From Phyllobates terribilis (lineage: Eukaryota), in NCBI RefSeq assembly GCF_046119375.1, contig NW_027363080.1, positions 992,001 through 1,056,000 on the forward strand: a stretch of DNA of 64,000 nucleotides. The letters run 5' to 3'. Numbering within the stretch: the stretch's first letter is position 1; each line of letters begins with the position of its first letter. The notes beneath the pieces are model-generated. The model was not told the origin of the DNA. It was given only the letters and a program-made list of their open reading frames with translations, and searched no databases. Below are positions 1-11,900 of the stretch, piece by piece. A program made the position numbers and the translations under genes.

Positions 1-186
1 AACCTCAGCCAGGTCCTGGGTTTCTGTTGACGTACCAGTATGCCGCTCTGCTGGCGAGAGGCATTGCTTACCTGGTGGTTTCGGATCGGGCCTCCAGCTT
101 CCCCTCGGCTGATGGCAAATGACGTGATGATACAGTTCAGTAAACTCTAGGGCACACAGTACCGGGTTACACCGGGCTTTGTTTAC

Positions 187-202
187 CCTGTTCGTGACGC
201 CA
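187..202 (-). promoter_or_regulatory. Primer-binding site (tRNA-Ser(CGA)-like) of an LTR element whose internal region runs off the left window edge
   Basis: Plus strand CCTGTTCGTGACGCCA, 3 nt from the LTR end at 206. It matches the 3' end I recall for a vertebrate tRNA-Ser(CGA) (...GAATCCTGTTCGTGACG-CCA) and the PBS at 38317-38334. Confidence 0.8.
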
Positions 203-205
203 GGT

Positions 206-1010
206 TGACGCGCCCCCTGGGCCATGGGGTACTCGGTAGCCGGGCCGGTCGATGCTGGGGGAAGTCACAGTGGCAGTGACCCGGTCAATTAAAGGGAAAG
301 TAAAAGGTGAATAAAGTTTTTGGAGATAATGTTCGTGATGCCACCTGTGGTATGCGGCTATATGGGGCTGTCACTGCGGTGCAGATCCACTGGAGCTGGT
401 GGTGATGCAGCAGAGTTGGTTCACCTCTCCACAGGCAGAGCTAAGCTCCAGGGCAGTATATGTAGAATTGTGGAGGTAGATGTTGTTGGTGCGGTGTATT
501 GCAGGCGATGGCGCAGATAATGACCAGTCCACAGCTTAATGGCGGTTTCCTCTTATCTTTACTTGCGGTTTGTTAAGCTGACCGGGGCACGGGTACTAGC
601 TGGTAGTAGAGGTCCGGGCGGCCTGGAACCAAGTTGGGGATCCACTTCGCCAGGTGGAGTTGTTAGCCTTCCCTCTGCGCTATTCTCTTTATTCCTTGCT
701 GCTTGAAGCTATGCTGCGGCCCTCGTCCCTGAGTAAAGCGTCTTTTTCCTCACCTGTATGGCAGGCAGCTCAGGCCTTCCTTAAGTGTCGCTCCCACATG
801 GCGGTGCAGGGCCCTATGGTGCTGCTGTGCCGCCGGGCGCCTGGTCGTGCCAGGAGACCTGCAGTCTCCTGCCCTCCGGATTCAGCTGCTGGGCCTTCAG
901 TGCCCCACAACCACGGACTCCGGTGTCCGGTTCACTTGCGCTTCCCTCTGGGGCGAGCTTATTCACAGCTCCCTTCCCCAGGTCCTTCCTCGTTGTCCTC
1001 CTTTATACAG
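206..1010 (-). mobile_element. 5' LTR (incomplete) of a Gypsy-type element
   Basis: On the minus strand it ends ...GGGGGCGCGTCA like the other LTRs here and is followed by a PBS. Its 3' part is homologous to ~62930-63197. The right boundary is approximate, where Penelope sequence begins. Confidence 0.75.
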
Positions 1011-1423
1011 CCTACAAAATTGGAGTAATTTCCCAAATCAATTGTAAATCCATATTAATATATAAAAAACACTTTATTTCATAGATAAGATAAAATCACA
1101 TAACAAAGTTAAGAAAATAGATCTTACGAGGTAAGGATACACACAAGTGCAGAGCAGCAATAAACAAGTGGGTCCTAGGGGAACAACTGGCTAACAATAT
1201 TCAACTATAGCATATCATAGTCTATAGTACATGTGTACAGTAAAAAAGTAGCAAGAGGCACTGTATGGAGTTAAAATGGTCTCCCCAAGGTAGGTACCTC
1301 CACACAGAGAGAAGCAATCATAGAGAGTCACTGAAAGAAGTTGAACAGGCAGAAATAGCGATCACAAGTAGAACCAGAGTGCTCACCCATAAGGTACAAA
1401 AATTACCACTAAGCCACTCTGCA

Positions 1424-1460
1424 GCCCCGACGCGCGTTTCGCATGGCTTCTTCGGGGGGC
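1424..1460 (-). ncRNA. Minimal type-I hammerhead ribozyme motif (Penelope-associated)
   Basis: Minus strand GCCCC-CCGAAGA-A-GC-CAT-GC-GAAAC-GCGC-GTC-GGGGC: helix I GCCCC/GGGGC, palindromic helix III ACGCGCGT, GUC cleavage triplet, core with a U4C change. Confidence 0.7.
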
Positions 1461-2099
1461 GGTGGTTGTGGAACGAATAAGCACCATTTTATCTCCAGCA
1501 CAGACTGAATGCAGGTGACAGCGCTGATTACTGCAGCGCATGCGGAGTGACAGGACGTACCCCCGCACCGCGTCACATCCAGCCAGTTTCCCGACGGAAC
1601 CATGGGCAGGGACGTGCAACTAGTGACGTCACCATCCACAGCCCCGACATACGGAAGCCCGACGGGACGCGGCCGGAGCAGGACGGCACTGCGCATGCGC
1701 GGCTCAGCGGCAGCCATGACAAGTAAGGGATGAAGTGAGGGCACAGAGATACAACTAAATGTATGTAACAAAGCACAGTATACAAGAGAGGGAAAACAGT
1801 GAATCAATAAGAAAACGACTGTCACCCTAATCAGGAGAGACATCAGTACAGTATAAACATATATACAGATGCAATGTCAATACAGATACAATAATGTCGT
1901 TCCATTGAATCATTGAAATCTTGTATATGGTGATTGATTCCTGATTGATGAGATCGTTACATCCCTAGAGTGTCCAGTAGTTCCATGTGGTAGTCGAGGC
2001 ATATAAATGGTGATAACAAGATGCAAAGCTATGAAGGAAAAATTTCAACATAAACAAAAGAAGTTAAAATCCACATAAAAAACAAGGGAAAAGATATCT

Positions 2100-4430
2100 C
2101 TATAAGAATGATGAAAAACTGTTAATTTCGTTCAAACCACCAGGGGTCACCGTGTCCAGGATAGCAATCCAGCGGCACTCAAGCTGCGCCAAAGTACGCT
2201 TGTAGTTACCCCCTCTCGTGCCCAAATGTACCATGTCAATACCCCTGAATATAAGGGATGAGGGATCACAATTATGGCGCAGCTTGAAGTGCCGCGGGAT
2301 AGTCTTGAGTGTTGAGACGTCAGAGATATCCCACGCAGCAATCACGTCCCTGATATGTTCCCTAACACGCACCCGAAATTCACGGGAAGTAAGTCCCACA
2401 TAACTAAGATTACATGGACAGGTAGCCATATATACAATGTGTGTAGAGCTGCAAGAAATATAGTGCGTGATTTTAAATTCTTGGCCATTATTGGCGAAGA
2501 ATGATTTAGTACGAATAATATTTCTGCACGCCATACAAGATCCACATGGGTAACATCCCCATCTTTTTTTGTTGACCATCCCAAAGGGAGCAGGAGTGGG
2601 GGCAACATAATGACTCCTGACTAACGAGTCTCTCAGATTTTTACCCCTCCGGGCCGTCATTAATGGTCTATCAGGCAGAATCTTATTGAGTGTAGGTTCG
2701 GTTTTAAGAATTGACCAATGTTTATTGAGAATTCCTCGTATCGCAAGCCAATGTCTATTATATGTCGATATGAACCTAATGGGGGGATCCTTCTCTGGTA
2801 ACTTTTTGACGCTAGTTAGGAGATCAAGCGGAGTCCTCCTCGCCCGTCTATAGCCTCTTTTGATACTCCGTGCACTGTAACCTCGATCATGGAATCTCTG
2901 TTGGAGGTCCCGAGACTGAGCCTCAAACGCCGCATCAGTAGAACAAATGCGCTTTGCTCTGAGATACTGTCCCACTGGAATGGCCCGTATAGTAGACGGT
3001 ATATGCGCAGATGTTGCATGAAGTAATGCATTCACTGATGTCTTTTTGCGAAAAACATCAGTCAGCACTAGGCCATCCTGTTGGACAGTAATCCCAATAT
3101 CCAAAAAATCAATATGGGTCGAATCCCAAGTGTAAGTAAGTCTAATATTTAGGTCGTTTGAATTCAGAGAAGAGATAAAATCATGAAGCTCACTCTCGGG
3201 ACCTTGCCAAATGATAAAGATATCAGCTATATATCTATACCAGCACTGCGCATGGGTAGCGGCGCACGCGCCCCCCCCCGAAAACCTCCCTCTCCCAAAG
3301 ACCGAGAAAGAGGTTAGCGCAGGACGGCGCGCACGCCGCGCCCATCGCAGTGCCCCGCTTCTGAAGAAAAAATCTATCTTTAAATGTGAAGAAATTATGA
3401 GTCAATATGAACTCTAATAATTCCAGGATCAGTGCAGGGAGAGAGACATCTAGACTGCTAGTCTCGAGAAAGAACGCCGCGGCCCGTAGTCCATCCACAT
3501 GGTCAATACTAGTATATAATGACTCAACGTCAATGGCCACTAGAAGACTACCTGAGTCAAGGTATAAACCATCAACTTTCCTAAGGACGTCACCAGTGTC
3601 CCTGACATAGGAGGGCAGGGTCTCAACAAGTGGATGTAAATAATATTCGATGAATTTACAAATGGGATCACACAGCCCTCCAATGCCAGAGACAATGGGA
3701 CGCCCCGGTGGTTCCCTAAGATTCTTATGCACTTTCGGGAGTAAATAGAAAGTGGGAATAACTGGGCATTTGACACATAGGCCATCAAAGATTTTTTTTG
3801 GTATAATACCTTGTTCATAGGCCCGCTCAAGAATGTCAAAAAGATCCGCCCTGAAAGCTGTCAAGGGATTGTTAGGTAGAGTGATGTATGAAGACCGGTC
3901 CCTAAGTTGTCTAAAGGCTTCTTTCTCGTATTTCGCAACTGGCCAGATCACCACGTTCCCTCCCTTATCCGCAGGTTTGAATACTACATCCTTAAGCGAC
4001 TGTAGCTCGCTAAGTGCCCTGACCAACAGTGAGATTATCATGTTTAGGTCCCCCTGGCAATGTCCTCAGGTCATTACTAACGAGTTTGTTAAATATCTCT
4101 ACTTGTGGGCAGAGGAGAAAGGGAGGGAAAGTCGTAGATCTAGCCAGAACCGAACAGGGGAAATTACCTTTCTGGGTTGAGATATTTTCACTCTCCAATT
4201 CCTCTAGAGCTGACAGGGCCTCTTTTTCCATAGTGGTATTCAGGTGGATGTCCGACAAGGGTTTGGTGTGCAATTTCCGTAGAATCACCTTTCTAAGAAA
4301 TAATTGTAGATCCTTCAGTACTGTAAAGAAATTATAGTTATTAGTCGGCACAAACGTTAAACCCAAAGCAAGAACCTCTCATTGGTTATCGGACAAAGCA
4401 TGTGTAGAAAGGTTAATTACCTCAAGGTTA
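2100..4430 (-). pseudogene. Penelope RT-GIY-YIG polyprotein, frameshifted (ORF pieces 4010-4366, 3235-4041, 2100-3104)
   Basis: Motifs LGLTFVP, KPADKG, AIDVESLYTSI, GTAMGA, Cys-rich linker CYPCGSCMAC and GIY-YIG-like VYMATCPCNLSYVGLT...RVREH. The RT YIDD motif reads YIAD. One frameshift lies in the C9 run at 3271-3279. Confidence 0.9.
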
Positions 4431-4449
4431 GTAGATTTGGATTTTTTCT

Positions 4450-4652
4450 CCAACTCCTCTCAACTCACGCTTACTAACCCCGCCTCCAGATTCCAGTGTA
4501 AAGGGGAGGGGCTCCCGTTTCTGGTCTGGAGCCAGGAAAGTGTTGTATGCTGGCAAACCTGATTAGGGGACCCCTCCTTGCTTCCAGGCATAACATCACC
4601 CTCTGTGAGGGAGCCAATGCCACTGTGGCAACCGGACTCCTGGGGTGCCACA
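4450..4652 (-). mobile_element. 5' (U3) fragment of an LTR, related to the solo LTR at 40818
   Basis: Minus strand starts TGTGGCACCCCAGGAGTCCGGTTGCCAC versus TGTGGCACCCCAGGGGTCTGGTTGCCAC at 40818. Similarity continues to GGCGGGGTTAG. Confidence 0.7.
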
Positions 4653-4653
4653 C

Positions 4654-4775
4654 ATCTATATGTGATTACAATATGGGGGGCTCTATATGTTATTATATTA
4701 TGGGGGGCTCTATATGTGATTACATTACAGGTGGCTCTATATGTGATTACACTGTAGGGGAGACTCTATATGTGA
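4654..4775. repeat. ~27-bp minisatellite (TCTATATGTGATTACA...GGGGGC), 4-5 copies
   Basis: Visible tandem units; the last unit is interrupted by the solo LTR at 4776. Confidence 0.8.
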
Positions 4776-5300
4776 TGTGACAAAGTCACTGGCAGAGTGC
4801 TGGAGGGAGATATGTTTCACTGAGGCTATTAGTTTCAGTGATGTGAAACCTGGAAGTCTTCTCCTGCATGCTATTTGCTGAGAGGATTAATCAGCCATAT
4901 TTAAAAGGCCCATTTTTTTTGGTGAACGACTATAGAGCGGGTGGGAGGTTGTTCACCATATCTCCACCCCAGGGTGTGGTCTGGGGTTTAAATGTTCGAC
5001 CTGTTGAGGCATTCAGTTCAGTAAGTCTGGGGATGCTAACTCCAGACATGATTGTGTCTAGCTGACCTGAACCATGTGGAGTTGCTAAACTCTGGGCAGG
5101 CGGACCCCTGCTAACACAAGGACTGTGTTTTGCATGACCACTTTTGCTTTGTTTGCTTTCCTATTTTGACCAAAGGGCCGTGATTATTTTTATGGACTCA
5201 ATGTTGGTTTATGCCGCATTTTAATAAACCAACAAGAGATTTAAAGAGACAGCTTACCTGTGTCTACCTCCATGTGCAGCTAAGTGAGCGATCTACCACA
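4776..5300 (+). mobile_element. Solo LTR, 525 bp
   Basis: TGTGACA...CTACCACA termini, GTGA at both 4772-4775 and 5301-5304 (4-bp TSD), and AATAAA near 5224. Confidence 0.8.
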
Positions 5301-6270
5301 GTGATGATACTACAGGAGGGGCCTCAATATAAATTTATGCAAAAAAAGTGTGATGAGCCTATAGAACGGCGGTCATGTGACCACAAGTTTTAGATGTGCA
5401 TACTCCTGGCCACAATCTGACTAGGTGGGCTCTGCCTTGCTCAATGCAAGTGTATTGAGTGAGGACAGAAACAGTCTAGTTGGATTGTGGCTAGTGACTT
5501 TTACATACACCACAAAGTCACTGAAAATATTTATTGTAAATATATTTTTGCCGCCTTTCCAATGACCAATTTTCCCCAATTGAATTCCTTCAAGAGTTTT
5601 ATAACGCCCTGTATTTCAAGTGTTTAATGCAATTTTTAACAACCAATTTTGGTAGCGGTTTTTATTTTGTCACTTTTTGACCCCAAACCTCCCAAAAGCT
5701 GCGTATATAGAAATTTTAATATTCTGCTTTGTTGTGTTTTATATAATTGTCCAGTGTTTTAAGCAGAAAACTGTGAAAATGTCAATGAAAGCACAATAGA
5801 AAAAAAAACATTATAAAAATACTCTGTGCAAAATGAGACCCTCAGCGCTATAGGCACTCTGCGGGGGTTTTTCCATACAGAATTCATTCTAGGGGGCGAT
5901 TTCTTCCTAATATGACGTGCTGCAAATTTTCTCACAGATTTTGTATAAATCTGTATTCATGTTTTTCACGTAGAGAAAAAAAAATGACGCTTGACGCAGC
6001 CTTTCAGTATGAGCTGCTGTATTATGGATCGATACAACATAGATTCATACCACACTGGATTCACATTTTCATTGCCAGCTACTGAACTGTTATTGGTAAC
6101 CCTGCCAAATGAGATCTTGCATTATAGTGGGAAATTCTGTTTTGTGCTAATATTGTTTAGCTTTCTAAACTAATGTCCCTTTTACTGAAGTAAAACAACA
6201 CTGACCTCTAGTGGAAAATATTGAGAATGCATGACCTCTTCTTCCTCATTTTTCCCTTTACCCTTATGAC

Positions 6271-9200
6271 TAGTGTTGAGCAAATTTGTTTGTCGAATGT
6301 TCGAAAGTTTCAAATTTGGCACAAATATGGCACATTCGGATTTGTGACTGCAAAGGCAAGCAAATTTTCTTAATATCGGAAAAGTTTGACGAATTTGCGC
6401 GGGACCGCAAATACAGGGCAACCACGGCGTTTTGAACAGTTTTGTTAGCATAGTGCAAGTGTATGATGAGCAGTGACATGTGCCAGGTGAGTGTGGGGGC
6501 TGTGGAGAGCTTAGATCAGGTCAGATCAGTGGCGCAATGTTTTTTTTCTTTTTCTGTAGGCGGTAACTTTAACTGAGGAAAGCGCGGCCAGCCAATCATA
6601 GCGCAGGAAGCATCAACACTGTCCAGACATAAGGGCTTCTACAATTGGCTGCAGAAATCACATGTCCTCTCAATATAAAAAGCGGCCATGTTCCCTCAAC
6701 GCCATTATGTCCATGTCACTGCTGGAGACAGACGCAGCTCAGTGTTCTCCTGTGTAATGAGAGATATTAGCTAGATAGATGGGCACTTGTGTGGTAGTCA
6801 GATAGTGTAGATAATTCCTGGCCTGTGTACCTCTGCAACCGCTGGTGCAGGACATTTTTGGTGTTCTTGTGCAAGTACTGAGATTCGGACAGAAACAGAG
6901 GGCCCATGCCATACAACAGTGCTGTGCACCACTGGTATAGAGCTCCATGTCTCACTATACCTTGAATGTTTTTTTGCGCTTGCTAATGTGATGAAGCAAG
7001 CGCAGTGCACCTTTTCATTTAGTGGGGTGGAAATTGTGCTCTGCACAGTCTGCAGAGCTTCTTATTGCAGAGCACTAAATCTGTTTTTTTTTCTGTTGCT
7101 ATTGTGATATTGAAAGCTGTGTGCACTAAAGTTTTTTCTAGTGTCAGATACTATTTTAGTGGCATTGAACTTCAGGTGGTTTCAGAGTAAAAAAAATGTG
7201 TTTTTTCTCTTGCTATGCCCAGTCCAAAAAATATTTTTTCCTGTGCCAAAAGTCATACAGTGCTATAAACCAGCTACAACGTCAGTGGTGGTCAAATTCA
7301 GCTTGTACGCAGAGTCAAACCTTTATATATTTTTGGTTGGCAGGCAGAGTCCACCAAAGGATTTTTTACTGTGGCAAAGTTGATCCAGTCTACTAAAAGG
7401 CAGATCCTATTTTAGTGGCGTTGAACTTGTCCTGGTTTCACAGTAAAAAATAAAAACTTCTCTTACTAGGCCCAGTCCAAAAAATATTTTTTCCTGTGCC
7501 AAAAGTCATACAGAGCTATAAGCCAGCTACTACATCAGTGGCGGTCAAAGTCAGCTGGATGCAGACCTTATGCAGAGTAACCCAAAAATATTTTTTGTTC
7601 CGAGTAAAGTGGTACAGCTGGCTAGATCTGAGTTTGAAATATTTTGGAGCATATAATCTATGTGATACTGGCCTCATCCACATTAAAAAAAATGTCTTCT
7701 GTTCCTAAAGTAATATAGCAGGGGACATCTCAGTTTGAAATTGTTTGGAGAATATCTCGTAGGTTTTTTTCGGCCTCATGCACACTAACAAATTTCTTTT
7801 GTAGTTTAGTAACGTTATATGGCAGGCCATATCTTACCTTGTCATTTAGTGTCGCTGAAACTCAGATCTGTTCTCAGCTATTTCACAGAAAAAAACTTAT
7901 TTTTCTTTAGTTAATTGCGTGCTCCTACCACTGTATCTGACCAACATGAGTGTGAAAAAGAGAGGGCGTGGTGGAAGGGGGAATAGGCTTGGTGTTCAAC
8001 ATGTACGTGGGGTACGTGATAATGTTAGTGAAAGCACTAGTGAACCAACACAAACAGGTCCTATCCAAAGACAACTGACAACTTATGTTAGTGGGTGGCC
8101 TACTGCACTCCCTCCCTTTGGCAGCCGCACAGCGATACGCCTTGTTGATAAGGCTCAGAAAGAGCAGGTGCTCCAGTGGATGGCAAGCTCTGCTTCCAGT
8201 GCCCTCTCCTCATCTTCCTCCACCTCAACATCACACGCAGTACAGTCCACAGAGGTGGCACCCCAATTACCCATGCTTCACCCCGCGTCACAACTCGCCA
8301 ACTGCCCAACTGACTGTAGCGAACCACAGATGGGTGAGTCTGTAGAACTCTTCACCCATTCTATATCATGGGCATCAGAAGTGTACTCCAAATAGTCACA
8401 AAGTCAAGGGGAGGAAAGCATCTGCACCGATGCCCAAAATTTTTTTTACTTGGATTCGAGGCAGGACGAAGTAGGGTCCGAGCAGGTTCCTCACCCTCAT
8501 CACCAGACGTTAACCGCAGGGGAGGGAGGTGATCCCGATGAGACTCAGATACCTGTGGATTATGCGGACTGTACTGTGCTGTCAGGGCAGCAAGAAGAGA
8601 GGGGTCACTCTGAGGGCAAGGAATGGGATAACACATTGGATGATGACGAGGTTGAAGATCCTACTTGGTGTGAACCCAGAGTCACGCAGCCGAGTAGCTC
8701 ATCTGAGGAGGTGGAGGAGGAAGACGAGGAGGTTACATTTCGCTGTACGGAGCAAACACGGAGTGATGCAAGTACGAGGAGCACTTCATCTTTAGCCACA
8801 ATCGTGGCTGTGGCCAGCAGTCAGCAGACACTGCAAAGGATGAGCCAACTCACGTTATCTGAAAACTTTGCAATAAAAAACTCAGTAGAGTGAAAAAATT
8901 CAATAATTTGACTACTACATGCATGAACGTTCACATACAGAAACAACATTCTTTACGCTGGGAATCCTACCGTGCTGAAATGCGGGCCAGAGCACCTCAA
9001 CAACCATCAGCTGCCCCATCAAACACATACACTGCTTCTTCCTCCTCATCTGTTACCGTGCTAAATATTCTCACGCAGGTCTCCCATCGCAGAAACTCCG
9101 GTTCTTTACCGGCTCCAGTCAGGCTGAGTGAGAGCCCGTCAGCTGTAACAGAAGCGGACACGCCTGCTGTGTTTGTTTCACCAAGCACATCGCATGTTTC

Positions 9201-11900
9201 TCAATCCACCGTAACATCTGCACCTCACTCACCCTCCACCAGTTTTTCCGGTTCACCATACTCCGCCCTCTCTGAGCACCTTAGCCAGCCCTCGGTCCTG
9301 CAGTTGTGGTCATGTAAAAGATTGTTTCATCCTATGCATGACAAAGCTAAGAGGTTGAACTCCACCATCTCCAAACTGTTAGCCATGGAAATGCTGCCTT
9401 TCCGCCTGGTAGATACAGACGGTTTCTGAAAACTGATGGCCGTCACAGTCTCCCAGTACCAGTTGCCCAGTCGCCATTACTTCTCTAAGAAAGCTGACAA
9501 CATAACCCGTTCCTTGTCTACATCTACATGTGACAGGGTGAATTTCACCACAGATACCTGGACGAGTAAACATTGCCAAGGGGGTTACATCTCGCTGACT
9601 GGGCACTGGGTGACTCTGGAGGCTGTGGAGACAGGCGGGAAGGGGCTGCTCCACAAATCTTGGAATCCCCAAGGCTTGTAGAAGAAACCTCTGTATTTCC
9701 CACTTTTTCCGCTGCTTCTGCGTCGTCCACCTCCTCTAGAGCCTCCACCTGCGCACTCAACCTCTGCCTTAACGAGACACGCGTTCCAAGGGTGCGGAGG
9801 GAATACACACCATCTCCGTACTGCGCAGTCAGGGCTCACTGTTATCAGGCAGTCTTCAAATTAATATACCTTGGAGATCGCAGTCATACAGGTTAAGAGT
9901 TGTGGGCAGCTCACCCGGCTCAGTTTGAGCAATGGCTGTCTACGCTGAACCTAGAGCCAGGGAAGGCCGTATGCGATAACGGTGCGAACCTGTTTGCCGC
10001 CCAAGGCCGAGGCAAGCTCACACAAGTGCCTTGCATGGCTCACGTCCTCAACCAGCGATTTCTCCTTTACTATCCTGGCCTGGATGAGCTGCTTCACAAA
10101 GTATAAAAGCTGTGTGCTCACTTCAGCCGTTCGCACCCCTCATGTCATTGACTTGCATCGATACAGAGGTCTTTGTCCCTGCCAGTTAACAGGTTGATCT
10201 TTGATGTGCTGATGTGGTGGAATTCCACTCTGTTCATGTTGCAGCGACTGTGCCAGCAGCAACGAGCTCTGACGCAGTATGTCATGATGTATAGCTTGGG
10301 GCAACGCAGTACGAATTTAGAGCATATCACGTTTGCGGAGTGGGAACAGATTAAGGACCTCTGCACCTTTCTGCACGGTTTGGAAATGGCTACTAAACTG
10401 GTTAGCGCTGACGATGCCATCATCAGCATCACTATTCCGGTCATATACATGCTGGAGCAGACTTTGAATAACCTGTGGCAGGAGGCGGTGGCCCCAGAAG
10501 AAGAGTAGGATGCGGAAGGGATACCAATGTCTCGAATTTCCAGACTGTCGTCACACAGGCGGATGCCAAGTGATGGTGGATTACAGCAATCGAGGGGGTT
10601 TTTTGATACCAGGCAAACTGTAAGTGAAGGTGCAAGAGCTGAGGAACTAATGGAGGAGGAAGAGGTGATGGGCAAGTAGCTGTCAGAGGATGAAGAGGAT
10701 AATCATCCCCTCTCGTTTGAAGGTGGTTGGCAGGAGGGGATGGAGGAAACAAACATCAGTGTTACACAACCCACAATACAGCCTGGCTTTGGACCTCCTG
10801 GAAGAGCCAGACATATGAGTGCCTTCTTGATGCAACATGATCCCTGTATAGTTAGGATTTGAAATGATACTGACTACTGGGTTGCCACTCTGTTAGATCC
10901 CCGTTATAAGAGTCAATTTTGCCAGATGCTTCCCGCCCTGGAAAGGGCCCCGCTTATGTTGGAGTATCGAAACAAGCTTTTAAGCAACCTTAATAAAGGT
11001 TTTCCCCAAGGTAACAGTGAGGCACACAGTGTGCATCGCAGCTGTAGTTTTTCAACCTCCTGCACGTCAGTTTGTCAACACCAAAACATTAGCAGCAGCA
11101 GCAGAGTAAGTGGCAGAAACAATTTTTGGGAGTCCTTTCACACATTTTTTGCTCCAGCTCATGCACCAGCACAACAGAGTACAAGTCTGACACGTGGTGA
11201 ACGACTGGAGAGGATGGTGCAGGAGTATCTATATCTCAATATCAATACCATCAGGGAGGGCTTGGACCCTTTTCCATTTTGGTCTTCAAAAATGGATGAA
11301 TGGCCTGAGCTCGCCTCTCACGCCTTGGAGGTCTTATCATGCCCGGCAGCCAGTGTTCTCTCTGAACATGTCTTCAGCGCTGCTGGTAGTGTCTTGATGG
11401 ATAAGAGCACCCGGCTGTCCCCTGAATGTGTAGACCACCTAACTTTCATCAAGATGAACAAGTTATGAATCTCCAAGGACTTTTGCACCCCAATTGCAGA
11501 CTGTACAGAGTCGGCGATGTTGTCGTTTTGAGTGTGCTGCATTGATCTCTTGAAATTGCAGCCTGGGATATGGCTTCTGTGTTTGCCCTTGCTGCTGCTG
11601 CAGGTTTTAGGCCCTAATTTTGGGAAATGTGGAGAATTCTGATTGTGTCTCCATTGATTGGGTTGGCTGTAGTAGGACAGGTTTGGGTCTGCGTTAAACT
11701 ACTTGTAGTCTGATGACATTGATGCCACTTCGGTGGTGTTAGGCCCTCATTTAGGGCAATGTAAACACTCCTGGTTAGGTCTCCATCTCCTGGGTTGGCT
11801 GTACTGGAACATGTGTGGGTCTTATTTACACTATTTCTACTGTAGTGAAATTGATGAGACATTGCAAGTGTCTGCCACTAATTTTTTGAAATGTGGAGAA
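6271..11900 (+). mobile_element. hAT-a DNA transposon, left part (5' arm, transposase, start of 3' repeat array)
   Basis: TIR TAGTGTTGAGC at 6271, ~260-bp subterminal duplication at 7140-7560, transposase remnants. The 3' array resumes at 30178-31155 and 39396-39560. No right TIR found. Confidence 0.8.
7946..11510 (+). pseudogene. hAT transposase (BED finger, DDE core, hATC dimerisation domain), many stops and frameshifts
   Basis: Motifs LLAMEMLPFRLVDTDGF, FTTDTW, VCDNGANL, CMAHVLN, WWNSTLFML, LDPRYK, LSCPAASVLSEHVFSAAG. Confidence 0.92.

Larger units (their letters stand above)
1011..4440 (-). mobile_element. Penelope-like retroelement 1 (Neptune-type), decayed
   Basis: RT and GIY-YIG ORF pieces, ~1.1-kb 3' UTR with a hammerhead motif, AATAAA near 1071-1076 on the minus strand. 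Boundaries approximate. Confidence 0.85.

Noticed and set aside
206-4652. One LTR split by the Penelope insertion (206-1010 joined to 4450-4652)
   Set aside because: The two pieces resemble different LTR families (63197 type versus 40818 type), appear to overlap around the TATA position, and show no TSD.
6263-6270. TSD and right TIR for hAT-a (CTTATGAC) and hAT-d (CTGATGAT)
   Set aside because: I found no matching right TIR plus duplication in the window by eye. Both are treated as truncated.
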